This document shows, one piece after another, positions 22,271 to 31,966 of a stretch of 64,000 nt of DNA. Within the stretch, counting starts at the first letter, position 1; each line of letters starts with the position of its first letter. Made by a program: the position numbers and the translations under genes. The notes beneath the pieces are model-generated. The model saw only the letters and a program-made list of their open reading frames with translations, was not told the origin of the DNA and did not search any database. This stretch comes from Borreliella garinii. Lineage in GTDB: Bacteria; Spirochaetota; Spirochaetia; JABEVK01. Where the stretch lies: NCBI GenBank assembly GCA_020720765.1, contig DYOB01000001.1, positions 45,222 through 109,221 of the forward strand, read 5' to 3'.

Positions 22271-22890
22271 CCGATAAATCCTTTATTGGTTTTGAAGAAA
22301 TACGCAACAACGCCCTGCTTCTCGGTAGGGCGATTTTAGATTCCGGGTTCCTCCCGGATGTTCTCTACGTCAGCCTGCGCGGCGGCGCTTACCTAGGGAA
22401 TGTCCTTAGCGAGTACCTCAACCTCCACCGGCCATCTGGGCGCAAGATGCTTTATGCTGCGGTGGTGGCCCATAGTTACACCGATATACGATCCCAACAG
22501 GCAATCCGCGTAGACGGTTGGACCTACGACCCACAGTATCTCAGAAGCGGGGATAAGATTCTTTTTGTGGATGATATCTACGACAGCGGGAGAACAATCA
22601 ACTACCTGGTCGATGTAATTCTGGCTAAGGGACTCCCGCGTTCCGACGTGCGCGTCGCAGTGCACGACTACAAACGCTACGCAGATAGGGATACCTTACC
22701 TATAGTTCCTGATTATTACTGCCGTCTCTGGGATATCTATGAGCCTAAAGATGACCTGTGGATCCACTATCTCAGCCACGAACTCGTAGGGCTGACCATG
22801 GAAGAAATCGAAAGAAATTACCTGAGAAAAGGGCAGGAAGAAAAACTCCAGGAAGTTCTCAGGTCCATTCCTTCACTAAGAAATCCCTAG
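22267..22890 (+). CDS. Type I phosphoribosyltransferase-domain protein
   Basis: PRPP-binding loop ILFVDDIYDSGRT; ATGA overlap with htrA stop; substrate specificity not assignable. Confidence 0.6.
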   Translation: MTDKSFIGFEEIRNNALLLGRAILDSGFLPDVLYVSLRGGAYLGNVLSEYLNLHRPSGRKMLYAAVVAHSYTDIRSQQAIRVDGWTYDPQYLRSGDKILFVDDIYDSGRTINYLVDVILAKGLPRSDVRVAVHDYKRYADRDTLPIVPDYYCRLWDIYEPKDDLWIHYLSHELVGLTMEEIERNYLRKGQEEKLQEVLRSIPSLRNP

Positions 22891-22903
22891 GAGCCTAGAT
22901 ATT

Positions 22904-24010
22904 TTACTCCCAACTCCACCTCTTGTCGTTTTGATTCTGTTTAAAGAGTCCAAAACCCAAGGTTCCGCAATAGGTGAGGGTGCCCTCTGTGTAGAAGGAG
23001 GTGATTGTTGATGTGCTAATTTCAGCTGACAGGTAGTTATCATCCGAAGCAGTGAGGATAGTGGGATTTTGAAGTTTGGCCCCGCCGGCACCGTCGGATA
23101 CTATTTCATAGTATCCTCCTCCGGTTGATCCTGAAACTTTACTACCGGCTACAAGAGTTGTACCGATCTGATGAATTAAACCCAAGATTAGGGGAGTTTC
23201 TCCGGAGTTCCTTGAATGGGCCGCTGTGTATGTCCAAGTATCACCGTTATCCGTAGAGTAGGCAACTTTTCCCGAAGATAAGGTAACGATTATGTCGGTG
23301 TTTGCAACCGGAAAGTTTTGGTTCTGTGTGAAAGTACCTCCTAAATCGGCACCAAAATTTTTATTTAATAATGTCAAGTTATTAACTGGACCCTTAAAAA
23401 GGCGTCCATCACCGAAGGTCAGGTAGAAGTTGGCACCTTCATTTGAGGCGGCTAGCACAGGCTGAGCAGAACGGGCACCGGCTAGGTTGATGGCTGCATT
23501 GATAACACCTGTACCTATATCCAAGTCGTGGACGTCGTATTCGTAGTTGCTTTTTCTGACGCTTAAATACACACCCACAAGGTTTCCTGTTGTACCGTAA
23601 ATTTCAGTTAGTCCTACAGGTGTACCGTTGACTGATCCGGTGCTCGCAGTCCAGGAAGTACCATTATAATGGAAAAGAGAGGTGTTTTCTCCGTTGGCGT
23701 CTGAAACGATAGCAAAAATCCTACCCGATCCGTTTGCGGTATCTAAAACATACGTTCTGCTTCCCCATTCCGGAGGGGTTAAACGTGACCATTCTGAATC
23801 GCCATCAGTTTTCTTAAACAAGGACCTCGCAGAAACGAATGTCGTGGGTAGGAGGCGTGAAATACCGTTGACAGTCACCGAGTTGTTCAGGCTGTCTCCA
23901 GCGTCCGGAATAAGTTCTTCATTCTCCACCGAATAAAAAATACCGGTGGTCATATAGGTACATGAAGTAAGACCCATAATAAAAGCTACATAGACAAATA
24001 AATTATTCAT
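22904..24010 (-). CDS. Lipoprotein with BNR/Asp-box repeats (beta-propeller-like), start refined to MNNLFVYVAFIMGLTSC
   Basis: Strong RBS GGAGG 4 nt upstream of ATG at 24010; lipobox GLTSC; Asp-box S-x-D-x-G-x-T-W present (YSTDNGDTWTY) plus degenerate copies. Confidence 0.6.
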   Translation of the reverse strand: MNNLFVYVAFIMGLTSCTYMTTGIFYSVENEELIPDAGDSLNNSVTVNGISRLLPTTFVSARSLFKKTDGDSEWSRLTPPEWGSRTYVLDTANGSGRIFAIVSDANGENTSLFHYNGTSWTASTGSVNGTPVGLTEIYGTTGNLVGVYLSVRKSNYEYDVHDLDIGTGVINAAINLAGARSAQPVLAASNEGANFYLTFGDGRLFKGPVNNLTLLNKNFGADLGGTFTQNQNFPVANTDIIVTLSSGKVAYSTDNGDTWTYTAAHSRNSGETPLILGLIHQIGTTLVAGSKVSGSTGGGYYEIVSDGAGGAKLQNPTILTASDDNYLSAEISTSTITSFYTEGTLTYCGTLGFGLFKQNQNDKRWSWE

Positions 24011-24023
24011 AAAACCTCCGAGG

Positions 24024-24647
24024 TTAAAAGTGGAAGGACGCCCCGAGGCTGATTTCGAGAAAATTCCCAAATCTGCTATCGGATTCCTTGATGGTGTAGG
24101 ATGAGGATGCTCCATAAATTTGGGGAACCCAAAGGTAGAAAACATTCAATCCGAATCCCCACTGGGAACTCACATTATAGTACGCTGCTCCGCCAATTTG
24201 AGCGGCGAAGTCAACCTGAAGTGCTTCCTTGAAAGCGCTGAAATTGATCCCTGCACCCAAGGTAACAGGAAAACTAAAGGGCCACAGTTTAAACTCGTAA
24301 GTACCCCTGAATAAAATCGGAACAAGAAAGAGGAGGTTCGCATTTGGAGTCCCGCTAAAGGTCCCCCTTAAGGTCCCACCGATACGCACATTGTTGTTGA
24401 GATAGAATTCTAGGTCGAGACCAAGAAGACCCCCCAGGCTCAGGTTTGCTGGTGAAGTATTGCCGCTGAGGTCCTGAAAGAACAAAGGAAGGTTTGTTCC
24501 CAGGTTGATATTCAGAACCCTGTCCCCCAGAACCCTCTGGTCAAAGGCGAAGACCGGGACTTCAGTGATTTCACTTTCCTGACCATAGGCCGCAAATGAA
24601 CTTAAAATTAAAATTACGTGTAAATACCGTTTCATATTTCTCATCAT
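24024..24647 (-). CDS. Small outer-membrane beta-barrel protein (OmpW/OmpA-like family fold), start refined to MMRNMKRYL
   Basis: Signal peptide MKRYLHVILILSSFAAYGQ, alternating amphipathic strands, C-terminal aromatic residue (…GASFHF); RBS AAGGA upstream. Confidence 0.55.
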   Translation of the reverse strand: MMRNMKRYLHVILILSSFAAYGQESEITEVPVFAFDQRVLGDRVLNINLGTNLPLFFQDLSGNTSPANLSLGGLLGLDLEFYLNNNVRIGGTLRGTFSGTPNANLLFLVPILFRGTYEFKLWPFSFPVTLGAGINFSAFKEALQVDFAAQIGGAAYYNVSSQWGFGLNVFYLWVPQIYGASSSYTIKESDSRFGNFLEISLGASFHF

Positions 24648-24723
24648 TTCTTTTTTCCTTAGAAAAATCAAGCCTCTACTTCTCAAAAGAGCCAAGAGTT
24701 GCTACCATGAGAACAGATTTGAA

Positions 24724-25617
24724 GTGAGGCGGTTACATATGACGACACAATTAATGGATGGTAAACACGTTTCTGCCTTTTTGCAGGAAAAAATACGTGC
24801 AGAAACTACTTCCTTTGCCTTGAAAGGTCAGGTTCCGACCCTCGCCGTTATATTAATAGGAGAGGACCCCGCAAGTGTCTCTTACGTGACGGCTAAGGAG
24901 AAAACTTGCCAGGCCATGGGCATGAGATCCATCGACATTAGGCTGCCTGCCGACGCCCAAGAATCGGAGGTCCTTGCTCAAGTAGAAAAACTCAACCTTG
25001 ACCCGAAGGTTCACGGAATCCTTGTTCAACTCCCTTTGCCTCCATCGATGAATGAAAAAAAAATCCTTCAAAAAATCAGGCCTGAAAAGGATGTTGATGG
25101 CTTTCTTCCAGTTTCCATGGGTAAACTTCTTCTTGGTGAACCTTCGTTTGTTGCTTGCACACCTGCTGGAATACTCGAACTCCTTGACTACTATAAGATT
25201 CCTCTGTCAGGAAAACACGCCGTCGTTGTGGGACGTTCCCTTACTGTAGGCAAGCCGGTGGCCTTACTTCTTTTGGACAGAAACTGCACCGTAACCATCT
25301 GTCATAGCAGAACAGAAAACCTAGGCGGTATTACTTCCCAAGCCGATATCCTCATTGCGGCAGCGGGAAAACCTGAATTGATCCGGGGCTCTATGGTGAA
25401 AGAAGGCGCCGTCGTTATCGATGTCGGTGTCAACCGTATCGCTGATGCATCAAAAGCCAAAGGGTTTCGTCTTGTCGGGGATACCTGTTACGGTGAAATG
25501 TTGGGTAAGGCTTCGTTTATCACCCCTGTTCCCGGTGGAGTGGGACCAATGACCATAGCGCTTCTCATGCGGAATACCCTTCGAGCTTTGGAATTATCGA
25601 TTGTTACCGAAAGCTAA
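24724..25617 (+). CDS. folD: Bifunctional methylenetetrahydrofolate dehydrogenase/cyclohydrolase FolD (ATG at 24739 also possible)
   Basis: Conserved FolD motifs (LDGK, VQLPLP, GRS..VGKP, PGGVGPMT). Confidence 0.9.
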   Translation: MRRLHMTTQLMDGKHVSAFLQEKIRAETTSFALKGQVPTLAVILIGEDPASVSYVTAKEKTCQAMGMRSIDIRLPADAQESEVLAQVEKLNLDPKVHGILVQLPLPPSMNEKKILQKIRPEKDVDGFLPVSMGKLLLGEPSFVACTPAGILELLDYYKIPLSGKHAVVVGRSLTVGKPVALLLLDRNCTVTICHSRTENLGGITSQADILIAAAGKPELIRGSMVKEGAVVIDVGVNRIADASKAKGFRLVGDTCYGEMLGKASFITPVPGGVGPMTIALLMRNTLRALELSIVTES

Positions 25618-25674
25618 CTAACCGGACTCGACAAAAGGACGAAATGTTGTATACTCTTTTAAGGCGGTAAATAG

Positions 25675-27264
25675 GTGGAAAATTTTTCGGCCCAGCAGTT
25701 AGCTTCTCTCGTTAAAAAAAACCCTATGGGACACGTGATTTTTAACGAGTCCAACAAGGCTCTTTATGTCAATGAAGCCCTTCTCACCATAACGGGATTA
25801 AAAAGCGAAGATTTGCTGTATGAAGGTTTTATTCAGAACTTTGTCAAATCCCCCGATCATATCAAGCGCCTTCAGGATAAACTCACATCGGCGTTCTCCG
25901 AATCCTTTGACGACTTAGACATGGTTCTTCTGAGGAAGGACGGCGAAAAGCGGAGTTTTCACTTTTTTGCCTTTCCCTGGAAAGAGGACGGAAAAGATTT
26001 TGTCTGCTTGCTGGTCCAGGATGTCACGGATAAAAAAGCTTTTGAAAGGGTTATTGAAAGCAGTTTTGACAACTTTGTAGATATCACGCTCAAACTTGAC
26101 GAAGCCATGCGTACTATCCAAGAACAAAAGACACAATTGGAAGACTACCAGTCTAAGATGAAGCGTGAGCTTCAGATTGCCACCGGAGTCCAGCGCGCTA
26201 TCATTCCAAGAATATTTCCTAAAATCCCTGGTTTTGACATGTACGGAACCTCGCTTCCGTCGGAGGAACTCGGAGGGGATTATTTTGACTACTTTGTCCT
26301 TGATGATAAAAAGTTAGGTATTCTGATAGCGGACGTTTCGGGCCACGGTGTTCCGAGTTCTTTGATAACCACTATGGTGAAGGCGTATTTCGAGTACTAT
26401 ACCAAGAGGTTTATCGAACCCCAGGAAGTCCTACAGCACGTTAACCATGACATAGCCGGCATCATTATGGACACGGGATTTTACCTCACTGCATACTATG
26501 CTGTTCTGGATCTCGACAAAATGGAGATCAGAGTTGCTTCGGCAGGTCACGATTCCGCCATTTGTTCCATAAAAGGTGAAAATGAAGTCACCAGGCTTGG
26601 AGGTGAAGGTGCGGACGGCACCATACTTGGTATTTTTCAGGACGCCGAGTACCAGGCGGTTACCTACCCCGTTAAGAAGGGGAGTAAGATCATCATTTAT
26701 ACCGATGGAATAACGGAAGCCAGGGCTGATTCAGGCGAGTTTTTCGGAGCGGAAAAGTTAGAGGAATTTTTACAGAAATCCCATGGACTTAGCAGCCGAG
26801 AAACAGGGGAAAAACTTATCGAAGCGGTAGACTCGTTTTATGGAACCAATAAACCCAACGATGATAGAACTTTTGTAGTTTTTGATATTCTTCCGGATGG
26901 GGAGTCGGCCTTCCAATCCGCCGAGTCCCTGAGGCACGGGAAGAAGTTTTTCCTTGAGAAAAATTTCAGGCTGGCTTATTCCGAGTTTATCCATTTCTTG
27001 GAATACGAACCCGAAAATATCGAGGTGAATTATCTAGCTGGACAGTCGGCCAGCCATTTAGGCGATTTCCGACAGGCTGCAGAGCATTTGAACAATACAG
27101 TGAGACTGGATCCAAAGCATATTAAGGCCTACTATTACCTGGGCCTGGCGCATTATAACAATAGGAACCATTCTGAGGCCGCTACCGCTTGGCAGAAAGT
27201 CCTGGAAATGACCGGCGGCTTTAAAGATACAAAAAAACTACTGGATAAAATTTCTAAGAAATAA
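25675..27264 (+). CDS. PAS sensor - PP2C/SpoIIE-type Ser phosphatase - TPR fusion protein (RsbU-like)
   Basis: N-terminal PAS-like segment, PP2C metal-binding aspartates (GGDYFD...DVSGHG...YTDGITE), C-terminal TPR repeats. Confidence 0.75.
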   Translation: MENFSAQQLASLVKKNPMGHVIFNESNKALYVNEALLTITGLKSEDLLYEGFIQNFVKSPDHIKRLQDKLTSAFSESFDDLDMVLLRKDGEKRSFHFFAFPWKEDGKDFVCLLVQDVTDKKAFERVIESSFDNFVDITLKLDEAMRTIQEQKTQLEDYQSKMKRELQIATGVQRAIIPRIFPKIPGFDMYGTSLPSEELGGDYFDYFVLDDKKLGILIADVSGHGVPSSLITTMVKAYFEYYTKRFIEPQEVLQHVNHDIAGIIMDTGFYLTAYYAVLDLDKMEIRVASAGHDSAICSIKGENEVTRLGGEGADGTILGIFQDAEYQAVTYPVKKGSKIIIYTDGITEARADSGEFFGAEKLEEFLQKSHGLSSRETGEKLIEAVDSFYGTNKPNDDRTFVVFDILPDGESAFQSAESLRHGKKFFLEKNFRLAYSEFIHFLEYEPENIEVNYLAGQSASHLGDFRQAAEHLNNTVRLDPKHIKAYYYLGLAHYNNRNHSEAATAWQKVLEMTGGFKDTKKLLDKISKK

Positions 27265-27273
27265 GAGGTAAAA

Positions 27274-27963
27274 GTGGGTCTCAATACCGTCTACACCGTC
27301 CCTGACAGGGTGAAAGTTCAAACTGTTCTCGTGAGCGTATCAGATAAGTCAGGCCTTGAAAATCTTTTTTCGTTACTTTTTGAAGTAAATCCCCTACTTA
27401 AGGTATTTTCCACCGGAGGGACGCTTACAGCCTTAAAAACCGCCTTTCCAACCAGAGTCTCTCAGGTCTATACAGTGGAAGACCTGACGAGTAACCCCGA
27501 AATTCAGGGAGGCTTGGTTAAAACCCTCGATTACAAGATCTATTTGGGACTGCTTACTGAACCTTTTAACCAGGAACACCAGGAATCTCTTAAACAGAAT
27601 AATGTGCCCTCGATCGACCTTGTTGTAGTCAATCTCTACCCCTTTGCCCAGACGGTGGCGCAACCCGGTGCAGACCTTGAAAAAGCCAGGGCGAATATCG
27701 ATATAGGCGGTCCAACCATGATCCGGGCTTCGGCTAAAAATTTCCATCGTGTTTGCGTCCTCAGCAACCCTGAAGATTACCTGGATTTCTCTGCGAGTTT
27801 TCGGGAGAACGGCGGGGAAACCACGTTGGAAACTCGTTTCACCCTTGCTGGGAAGGCGTTTCATCATATAGCTGAATATGACAGAGCCATCGACGAGTAC
27901 CTCGTATCAACAGGTAAAGGCGGGCTTGACGCTTATAAATTTCAAGGATGGACGAATGGCTAA
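27274..27963 (+). CDS. purH: IMP cyclohydrolase (MGS-like N-terminal half of PurH) encoded as a separate gene
   Basis: MGS-like domain motifs (ALVSVSDK-like VLVSVSDKSG, STGGT, GGPTMIRASAKN); stop TAA overlaps ATG of next ORF. Confidence 0.8.
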   Translation: MGLNTVYTVPDRVKVQTVLVSVSDKSGLENLFSLLFEVNPLLKVFSTGGTLTALKTAFPTRVSQVYTVEDLTSNPEIQGGLVKTLDYKIYLGLLTEPFNQEHQESLKQNNVPSIDLVVVNLYPFAQTVAQPGADLEKARANIDIGGPTMIRASAKNFHRVCVLSNPEDYLDFSASFRENGGETTLETRFTLAGKAFHHIAEYDRAIDEYLVSTGKGGLDAYKFQGWTNG

Positions 27964-29203
27964 GAATTTTTCTTCGATTTACCGTGAGATCCAGGATGAA
28001 GATTTTCCCCAGGATATGGAAATCCATATGGGTAAAGGAGAAAATCAACAGATCCTAAGGTATAAAAAAACCACCTGGAAACTTGAAGAAGGCGAAAAAG
28101 GCCTCAGGTACGGAGAGAATCCCGACCAGGGAGCGGCACTTTACCATTTGGTGGACGGGGGTTTTTCGGCTGGAGGGACCAACCATTTTCCCCCGAATTC
28201 CTTTCTTTCATCACAGCCCGAACTTCTACAGTCAGGAAAACACCCGAGCAAGATCAATATAACAGATACAGATGCCGCACTCGGTATTCTCAGGTGGTTT
28301 GATGACCCGGCCTGTGCCATCATAAAACACAACAACCCGTGCGGAGTGGCACTTGCCGGCAGTATCGGCGAAGCTTTTTCAAGAGCATACCATGCTGACA
28401 GGGTGGCTGCGTTTGGCGGGTGTGTGGGCCTCAATAGAATCCTGGAAAAAGAAACCGCTGAAAAAATCCTAGACGGTTACGTCGAAGTAGTTTTAGCCCC
28501 GGATTTCGAGGAAGGAGTTATGGGTTTGTTTGCTAAGAAGCCCAACGTAAGGGTTCTTCGCATTCCAAATATCGAATATCTTCGGAAATGGGCTGATAAG
28601 AAAGTACTTGAATGGAAAACTTTAGCCGACGGCGGCTTGATAGCCCAGTGGAGTTTCGTCCCCCAGGCGCGTAAGCCAGAGGATTTCTATCCCGCTGAAA
28701 CGGTTTACAAGGGACAAACCTATACCTGCGACCGCCAGCCGAACGAATCGGAGTGGAAGGATATTATCTTCGGCTGGCTGGTTGAGAGCGGCGTGACAAG
28801 TAATTCGGTTATCTATGTAAAAGACCAGGTGACCGTCGGTATCGGAACGGGTGAACAGGACCGGGTAGGGGTGGCGGAAATAGCGAGGGATAAGGCTTAC
28901 CGTAAACTTCAGGACAGACTTTCATGGGAGGCTTTCTCACTTAATTTCTCCCAACTTACCGATCAGGATAAAAAGAGAGAAATAGAAAAGTCAGTCAAGG
29001 CGATGAATGGCGGGTTGAAGGGGGCTGTTATGGTTTCAGATGCTTTCTTTCCTTTTCGCGACGGAATTGATATTGGGTTGAACGAGGGGGTGTCGGCCGT
29101 GGTTCAGCCCGGAGGCTCGCTCAGGGATTTCGAATCCATCCAAGCATGCAACGAAAAAAAATCTACAATGGTTTTCACTGGACAGAGAAGTTTTCGCCAT
29201 TAA
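27956..29203 (+). CDS. purH: AICAR formyltransferase (C-terminal half of PurH) as separate gene; start MAKNF with AAGGA RBS, ATGGCTAA overlap with upstream stop
   Basis: AICARFT signature LRYGENPDQ, downstream conserved KHNNPCG and GGS-like regions; ORF opens at 27878 but first ATG with RBS is 27956. Confidence 0.8.
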   Translation: MAKNFSSIYREIQDEDFPQDMEIHMGKGENQQILRYKKTTWKLEEGEKGLRYGENPDQGAALYHLVDGGFSAGGTNHFPPNSFLSSQPELLQSGKHPSKINITDTDAALGILRWFDDPACAIIKHNNPCGVALAGSIGEAFSRAYHADRVAAFGGCVGLNRILEKETAEKILDGYVEVVLAPDFEEGVMGLFAKKPNVRVLRIPNIEYLRKWADKKVLEWKTLADGGLIAQWSFVPQARKPEDFYPAETVYKGQTYTCDRQPNESEWKDIIFGWLVESGVTSNSVIYVKDQVTVGIGTGEQDRVGVAEIARDKAYRKLQDRLSWEAFSLNFSQLTDQDKKREIEKSVKAMNGGLKGAVMVSDAFFPFRDGIDIGLNEGVSAVVQPGGSLRDFESIQACNEKKSTMVFTGQRSFRH

Positions 29204-29234
29204 AATGTAGTATATTAAATATAGGGGGGATATT

Positions 29235-29582
29235 ATGGGTGAAATAGTAGAAAATAAAGGCATTGATAATAAGAGTGTTGTGACAAGGGGTGTAACAAGC
29301 ATCATAGGCGGTGGCTTAGTTTTTTTTGCTTTGGGAATTCTAGGCGCATTCTGGCCGGTTACGCTGGTCTTGGGCTTGGGGCTCTTTGGCGGCGGAATAA
29401 TTATGGCGAGAAACAACGTCAATAAAGTCCTTGCTTTTCTGATGTTAGTCGTGGGTTTTATTATTTTGATACGGTTTATTCCCTTCGTTGGGAATTTCAT
29501 TGATTTAGTACTTTACATCGGAGCTGGAGCTTTGGTTCTTATAGGTGTCTTAACGCTTTTTAATCACTACAACCGGAAGTAA
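29235..29582 (+). CDS. Small integral membrane protein (3-4 TM), hypothetical
   Basis: 115 aa, hydrophobic segments, G-rich RBS AGGGGGGA upstream. Confidence 0.5.
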   Translation: MGEIVENKGIDNKSVVTRGVTSIIGGGLVFFALGILGAFWPVTLVLGLGLFGGGIIMARNNVNKVLAFLMLVVGFIILIRFIPFVGNFIDLVLYIGAGALVLIGVLTLFNHYNRK

Positions 29583-29585
29583 ACG

Positions 29586-29876
29586 ATGAAACCAGGAATG
29601 CGGTTCTTTTTTCTTATAACGACGCTTGTCTACGGGCTTTTCTTTATAGGGTTTAATCTCGGTAAAACCACCGAGATTTCCCTTGTTGTGTGGAATTTTG
29701 AAAAGGCTCCGACCTTTTTTGTCGTGATCACTGCGTTTATACTCGGAATACTTTTCACCTTGCCCTTCCTGCTAATAACAAGTTCTAAAAAACCCCAGGA
29801 AAGGAAAAAACCTTCCGATCCTGCTAAAATTGTCGAAGAACCCGGCAAGGATAAGATTCAAACTGTACATTCCTAG
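29586..29876 (+). CDS. Small membrane protein, LapA/DUF1049-like (2 TM)
   Basis: 96 aa with two TM helices and basic C-terminal tail; 3 nt after previous gene. Confidence 0.5.
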   Translation: MKPGMRFFFLITTLVYGLFFIGFNLGKTTEISLVVWNFEKAPTFFVVITAFILGILFTLPFLLITSSKKPQERKKPSDPAKIVEEPGKDKIQTVHS

Positions 29877-30519
29877 ACTTTCGGTTTGTTTTTTTTGTTT
29901 ATTAGCTTCAACACTTTTTCCTCAAACTACCTCGAACCCACGTATTCAGGTTGAGGATTTTTTGCGCCAGAATCCTCAAGCGGGGGCATTCTGGAACAAC
30001 CCGGATTTTTGGAGAAGCGATGCCGATCAGCTTTGGCGTGTATACCATTCTCGATTGCCTGGTATCGTCGGCGATACTTGGCTAAGGGCACTTTTGCGGG
30101 ACTCCGAATTTAGGGGAGATGGACAAAGGTGGAGGGCTTTGGCTACTGATTTTGTCAAAACTCTCAGTGTTACGCCCTATAAAGATTCACTGTCTTTATT
30201 ACTCTTGGAACAGCATCTTTTTCATGATTTTTCCCTCCCTGATCCGTGGATCCGATCTTGGATGGATTCACCATATAAAGAAGACACACCGCGGGAAAGA
30301 ATTCTCAGGATACTATACCTGGAAAAAACCCAAAATATTCCCGAAGAGTATTACCAGGAAATGATCAATCCTCAACAGCCTTTATGGCACTTATTCCTTC
30401 TTTCAAGGAAAAAAATTTCAATAGCGCCTTTATTTGGTCCCGAGGGTGGCTTTTTTTCAAGTAAGACAAGGTTTCTTGGAGGGATGGAAAGTGAGGACCA
30501 GTTTAACGCGGTGCGTTGA
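29830..30519 (+). CDS. Hypothetical secreted protein; TTG start inferred, overlaps previous ORF by 47 bp
   Basis: Only long ORF in this 650-bp interval; N-terminal hydrophobic segment LSVCFFCLLASTLF; no ATG near start. Confidence 0.3.
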   Translation: MSKNPARIRFKLYIPRLSVCFFCLLASTLFPQTTSNPRIQVEDFLRQNPQAGAFWNNPDFWRSDADQLWRVYHSRLPGIVGDTWLRALLRDSEFRGDGQRWRALATDFVKTLSVTPYKDSLSLLLLEQHLFHDFSLPDPWIRSWMDSPYKEDTPRERILRILYLEKTQNIPEEYYQEMINPQQPLWHLFLLSRKKISIAPLFGPEGGFFSSKTRFLGGMESEDQFNAVR

Positions 30520-31966
30520 GAATCTCAATTTGCTGTAAACGGACTGCATTTCCCTCTTTAGGACGAATCCCGGAAACCGTGAGGTTGACCGGGGTAAGAA
30601 GGAGTTCCCGCTTAATCTGAATACTCTCTTTATCTTCGAAAAAATCGACTTTGAAGTTCGATGTCCCTAAGGGTCTCCCATTGGGAGAAATGGATTTAAG
30701 TTGGAGAATCCATTCATTGAGGTAAAAAAGCGAATAACCACCTTCAAGTTTTTCTGTTGCGTTATGCCAAACATAAAAAGGTTTTTGAAAATCCATACTG
30801 ATACCACTCTCATTGGCGTAGGTTCCGGAAAGTTCAAATGGCGTAGTCCTTTCTATTTTCTCTTCTTGAAAACTCTCGACTCTGGTATAGGTACCGGGCA
30901 TATTTTCCTCAGGGAAGGAGGAAAGTAACATTATTCTATTTCTATTGACAAAAATTAAGGAGTATTGGATTTGGAGAGGAAATTTTTTCTCGATAGTCAG
31001 GACATTGACTCCCTGGATCGTTAACCCGTTGGGACGGGTGCGAATGGTATTTGTCCATTGATAGATTTCCTGAATAGCGGCCGTACTGAAAATAATCGAT
31101 TTCTGGGTTGGTTGAAAATCCAGAATTACTTCTGGTACGCTGTCCCTTCTCCATATTCCTTCAAGGATGAGTTTCAGATTCTCCGTGGAGGAAGGGGCAA
31201 ATTCTGCCGCTCCGGTTACCTGTATGGCTTGACGTTGGATTTTTTCTATCTGCGAAGGAACAAAAGTATTCTCCTGGAACCGCCAGATATACGTGGTTCT
31301 CAGAGTGTCGAGAGGACCCACCTCTGGATCGGGATCTTTTTCCTCTATAATTATTGGAAAGGAAACGTCCTCTATCTGTCCCATATTATAGGCGTCTGAA
31401 CGGGGAATTTGCTGAATCTCGATAACACCAAGGGCTGTTTGGGAAAAAATATTCTCATAGACCAGACTTTGTTGGCGGGTTGACGGAGTTTGTCTGAAAA
31501 TATCGAGAGTTTGTTTTCCAGATGCGTCCATTCCCATAAACACTATCTCCAAAATATGGTCTCCGATTAAATCCATAGTTTCAAGGGCAATATGGTTTTT
31601 TGAGCCGGCATTAATACTGGTCTTCCAGCTAACATAATAAATAGACCGTGTTTCATCCCTGTCCACAACCAGGATTTGGAGTTCATTCTTCCCGGAAAGA
31701 GTTTCTGCTATGATAAGTATCTGTTCTTCAAAACGATCTTCATCCAGGTTGATTTTCTTTACTAAAAGCAGTTCCTGGGCTGATTCCAAATCAATATACG
31801 GTTTTTCCAAGACAGCAGAGCCGGGAACGCCTTCTGTTGTGAAAATTTCTGTTTCAGAAAGCTGGTTGCTTTGATTTCCACAGGAAATCCCAAAGAAAAG
31901 GGGGAGGAGGATTATTAAATTTTTTGTAGATTTTCTATTCTTCATCGAGTAATTGGGTGAGGTCAT
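30503..31966 (-). CDS. Hypothetical lipoprotein (487 aa)
   Basis: Lipobox LPLFFGISC after basic N-terminus; no recognisable catalytic motif; downstream of nrnA on minus strand. Confidence 0.55.
   Translation of the reverse strand: MTSPNYSMKNRKSTKNLIILLPLFFGISCGNQSNQLSETEIFTTEGVPGSAVLEKPYIDLESAQELLLVKKINLDEDRFEEQILIIAETLSGKNELQILVVDRDETRSIYYVSWKTSINAGSKNHIALETMDLIGDHILEIVFMGMDASGKQTLDIFRQTPSTRQQSLVYENIFSQTALGVIEIQQIPRSDAYNMGQIEDVSFPIIIEEKDPDPEVGPLDTLRTTYIWRFQENTFVPSQIEKIQRQAIQVTGAAEFAPSSTENLKLILEGIWRRDSVPEVILDFQPTQKSIIFSTAAIQEIYQWTNTIRTRPNGLTIQGVNVLTIEKKFPLQIQYSLIFVNRNRIMLLSSFPEENMPGTYTRVESFQEEKIERTTPFELSGTYANESGISMDFQKPFYVWHNATEKLEGGYSLFYLNEWILQLKSISPNGRPLGTSNFKVDFFEDKESIQIKRELLLTPVNLTVSGIRPKEGNAVRLQQIEILNAPR

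Noticed and set aside
27878-27963. purH as a frameshifted pseudogene or sequencing error
   Set aside because: The first ORF's stop TAA overlaps an ATG with a well-spaced AAGGA RBS, and the break is in the inter-domain linker with both domains complete. A coupled two-gene arrangement is more parsimonious, though read-level verification is still advised.
29222-29228. Poly-G tract upstream of small membrane protein gene as phase-variation switch
   Set aside because: Only 6 G's, and it functions as the Shine-Dalgarno (AGGGGGGA) 6 nt from the ATG. Too short for efficient slipped-strand variation.
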